A DNA stretch of 64,000 bases, taken from the NCBI GenBank assembly GCA_965113315.1, contig OZ220376.1. One strand, written 5' to 3'. The position numbers were made by a program, and so were the translations under genes. The notes beneath the pieces were generated by a model. It made no database searches, was not told where the DNA came from, and was given only the letters and a program-made list of their open reading frames with translations. This DNA comes from Podarcis vaucheri (taxonomy: Eukaryota). This document shows, one piece after another, positions 61,201 through 64,000 of this stretch. The stretch's first letter is position 1. Every line of letters begins with the position of its first letter.

Positions 61201-63081
61201 CCCCAGAGCAGCCCAGCCTGATGCAGGGGATTCATGGGGAGACAGTTCCCGAGAAGGCGTATCTCGAGCGGCATCTGAAAAGGAATCCAGGAGGCAGGTG
61301 GGCAACAATACGGCTGCAAGGCTTGCTGGACCTCACCCTCCTTCCCTGCCACCCTCCTTCTCATTTTATCAATGGGCAGCCAATGCAGGTGAGAGACTTG
61401 CTCCAGGCCACCCAGGGGGTTGATGAGACTGGCATTGGCTTTGAACTCCCAGCTTCCCAGACCTAGGGCTGCCATTCTGCCTCTATGGAACCAAATTGGC
61501 TTTGTGGCTCTGTGCTTGTAGTTGTGGTGGGGCCTAAAGCTGCCCTGCTCAGGGCTGCTTGGCTCCCTGGCACCAGCACGCACCTCGGTGCTCCTTTCCA
61601 TAATAGTGGATGGTCAGGTGAAGAAGAGGAAGCAGGTTGTCATCGTCAAGCAGCACTTTGTGGGCAGATTGCTGGAAGGCGACATTCACATCTGAGGAGG
61701 AAAGCCACACCAGAACGACTTACGCCAGATGAGCGCACAGTGAGCAAGGAAGGCACAGTCACCTGTTTCCACTCTCCCACCCCCATGCCCTTTTCAGAGT
61801 TTGTGCCACAACAGCTTACAGAACCAAACTGTGCCTATGCAGGAGCCAAGAGTCTTGGTAGAAAGGCTTGGGAAGCAGGGAAGTATCTGAGTAGAGAGTT
61901 GTCGGTCTGATCCACCAACCTCACCAGCTCAGCCTAACGGAGAAGCCAGATCCCATGAAACTCACCATGTTCTGTCACTGCGGTGGGAGGTGTCTTCAGC
62001 ATCTGCTGTGCGGTGTCAATGAAGGCCTGAAACAGTTCTCCTCTCCCCAAGAGATAAAAATCTTTAATAATCTAGAAAGGAGGAGAGAATGGCTAAATGC
62101 ATCAGGATACAGAACCCATGGGCCCCTGCAAGCAACACTCCACTGGCAAGAGTGAGTCTCCTCCTGCACAAAGAGAGAGGAACAGCTTTGGAAGCTCCAT
62201 ATGGGGGGTTTGCATGTACCTTCAGTTGTCCTATTAAATCCGATTCTTCCACCATGAGCTTCCATAAGTGCTAAGGGAGAGAGAACAGTCCATCAGCATC
62301 AAGAACCAGGAATCCCCAGCAGCAGCAGCAGCTCCGAGTTGCTGCTGGGACCTTCCGCCCCACTGCAGCCAGGACTTGATCTGTTTGCTTTGAGTGACAG
62401 AGACTACTTGCCCATTGCTGGGCAGGCTCTCCATGCTCTATATGGCAGGACTGACAAACAGCCGGTCTATGGGATATTGTAACAGTTGAGGCTTTTAAAA
62501 AGCTTAATTATTGTGCAGGGTGCATTAGCAAGAGACAAATGTTAATTCTGGATCCCCACCTGTCACCCCTCCCCCCGCACCAATTAGACTTTTGAAAAGC
62601 AGGGGAGAGGACTAATATCACCTCACTCTATTAATTGATCTGCCATTAAAATCAAATCTCCCACACAGAGATTAGGCTTTATTAAAGCTTTTATTGTTGC
62701 TAATGGGAGCTTTTAACATAGTGAGGCTTTCTTGAGAGGGAAGAGAATTCACTGAATGGGTGCTGGTGGTGGTGATCAGGTTGCTCCAGCATGGCATGGC
62801 ACTTTTGACTCCATTCCAGCAAGTAATCCCAAGAAGGAATGTGACCCTCAGCCTGAAAAATGGTTTCCAACAAGCTCTGGCAAGGGGTTTGCAAATGGCT
62901 CTCTGCTTCTACCTCACAAAGAACTTAGTGCATGCAAATCTAGAGCTACGGCTGACCTCTGCCACAGTGCTCCGTATCCAGTCCACCACTGTCTCAAAGT
63001 CCACCAGGTTGAAGAGAGGCTGCTGTTTGAGGCGATGCAGCTCAGCCGCAAAGGTGTCCTCCTGGTTCTTCAGGATGGAGC
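58276..63081 (-). CDS. TUBGCP4: Gamma-tubulin complex component 4 (GCP4), last 10 coding exons; 5' part lies right of the window
   Basis: KDFYLLGRGELFQAFI, WPLHILFTP, FLVDNLQYYLQVDVLESQF and LLLRLDYNKYY motifs; phases compatible. Confidence 0.97.
58790..58929 (-). CDS. TUBGCP4: TUBGCP4 exon (GFSCQSSLLFK...QAGGTLG)
   Basis: cag/gtaggc, 140 nt. Confidence 0.94.
59322..59438 (-). CDS. TUBGCP4: TUBGCP4 exon (AFHCLNEILDLCHSFC...ILAK)
   Basis: cag/gtgcgt, 117 nt. Confidence 0.94.
59735..60130. mobile_element. Tigger/pogo-type MITE (396 bp) with an internal minisatellite
   Basis: TIR CAGTGGTGCCCCGCAAGACGAA / TTCGTCTTGCGAGGCACCACTG; TA TSD. Confidence 0.92.
60492..60626 (-). CDS. TUBGCP4: TUBGCP4 exon (VDVLESQFSQLL...FILLKP)
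   Basis: cag/gtgagt, 135 nt. Confidence 0.95.
60803..60980 (-). CDS. TUBGCP4: TUBGCP4 exon (YNVVFKYLLSVRR...DNLQYYLQ)
   Basis: cag/gtgagc, 178 nt. Confidence 0.95.
61142..61274 (-). CDS. TUBGCP4: TUBGCP4 exon (...PASGWAALGLSYRVQWPLHILFTPAVLE)
   Basis: cag/gtgagg, 133 nt. Confidence 0.94.
61584..61691 (-). CDS. TUBGCP4: TUBGCP4 exon (DVNVAFQQSAHKVLLDDD...GKEHR)
   Basis: cag/gtgcgt, 108 nt. Confidence 0.94.
61966..62071 (-). CDS. TUBGCP4: TUBGCP4 exon (IIKDFYLLGRGELF...VTEH)
   Basis: tag/gtgagt, 106 nt. Confidence 0.95.
62220..62270 (-). CDS. TUBGCP4: TUBGCP4 exon (HLWKLMVEESDLIGQLK)
   Basis: tag/gtacat, 51 nt. Confidence 0.93.
62957..63081 (-). CDS. TUBGCP4: TUBGCP4 exon (GSILKNQEDTFAAELHRLKQQP...STVAE)
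   Basis: cag/gtcagc, 125 nt. Confidence 0.94.
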
Positions 63082-63780
63082 CTGTGAGGCAACGGAAGGC
63101 AAGGAAGAGTGGCCTAACCTGGACACAAGATGCCAGTCATGGCCTCCATCAGCAGAGCTTTGCAGAGGACAAAGGCTGTTCAAGGTTGCATCAAGATCCA
63201 GCTTGGAAAAGTGGAGGAGAGGAAAAGGGGGGGAAATTGCTCTCCCACTTTTTCAAGCAAGTTCTTGCATAGGTCAGAATTTAAGACTGGAGAGTGTTTG
63301 CATTGTAAGAATTGGAAGCCTTTCAAGCTTCTGAAACACACTGAGCTTCAGTGAAGTTTTGCATCCGTGAGCACCAGAGCCTGTTCTCCTTTTTGCTTCG
63401 TGGCTGACAGATGCCAACAACCCGAGGTTATAGACGACCAAAATGCTTGAAATATTTTAAACAGAGGGAAATGGAAAACTGCTTCACTCCAACCCACTGA
63501 GGACTGTGCAATGCACACAGTGATGGCAGCAGATGCAACTTCAATTTGGGAAACTGGTAACAAAGCAGACAATGGAGGTGGGCTGAGGACAGTCTTTGTT
63601 TTCTCCTGGAAACAGCTGGCTGGTATTAAGTCAAAAAACCTCTTGCTGTTCCAAAGTGGCCTTCCTGAGAGCAGGGTACTGTGGCTCCAAAATCTTTTCA
63701 GTGCTTCCCAGTCGTTCTGTATTAAGTACAAATACCAGAGCTAGGAGGAAGAAGGTCCTTCTTCGAACCTGTTTTAAAAC

Positions 63781-63829
63781 GCACACGCACACACACATAC
63801 ACACTCTCTCTCTCTCTATATATATATAT
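63781..63829. repeat. Compound (CA)n(CT)n(TA)n microsatellite
   Basis: Visible directly in the sequence. Confidence 0.9.
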
Positions 63830-64000
63830 TCCCCTTTCTCTGGCAGAGTAGAGGGGTCCTTTACCTTTACGGAGCCGCCATACTCTACCTCAAGGAAAGA
63901 GTGGCAGAGCAAGGGGGAGGGGTGGCTCAAGTGCTTTGCAGGGAGGGTCCATTCCATCTTGCGCAGACCCCTGGTGAGGCATCCCAGCACTTCCCTGCTG

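Noticed and set aside
63100-64000. Next upstream TUBGCP4 exon
   Set aside because: No GCP4-like peptide found; treated as intron.

Overview
Vertebrate genomic DNA, most likely from a squamate lizard (inferred from the CR1/L2/L1/Penelope/tRNA-SINE and hAT/Tc-mariner MITE repertoire). The gene order MAP1A(-) / TP53BP1(+) / TUBGCP4(-) matches the human 15q15 block. MAP1A has six coding exons in the window (32791 down to 326, about 3013 codons, including an 8,320-bp exon); its last exon lies left of the window. TP53BP1 is complete: 25 coding exons at 38134-57055, about 1861 aa by my splice model, with one GC-AG intron. TUBGCP4 contributes its last ten coding exons (63081 down to 58276). There are three CpG islands. 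Main leads: (1) this 53BP1 keeps intact Tudor, UDR and oligomerisation cores but has lost residues used for mitotic and phospho control in human 53BP1 (equivalents of K1814, T1609 and S379; no KEN boxes); (2) MAP1A has RFX X-boxes built on both in-frame start codons, two RE1/NRSE sites and an internal CpG-island promoter; (3) an L1 insertion with a ~50-bp target-site duplication, nested MITEs and an internal deletion; (4) a cluster of CpG-type Arg losses in TUBGCP4. Human reference sequences and residue numbers are recalled from memory and need checking by alignment.
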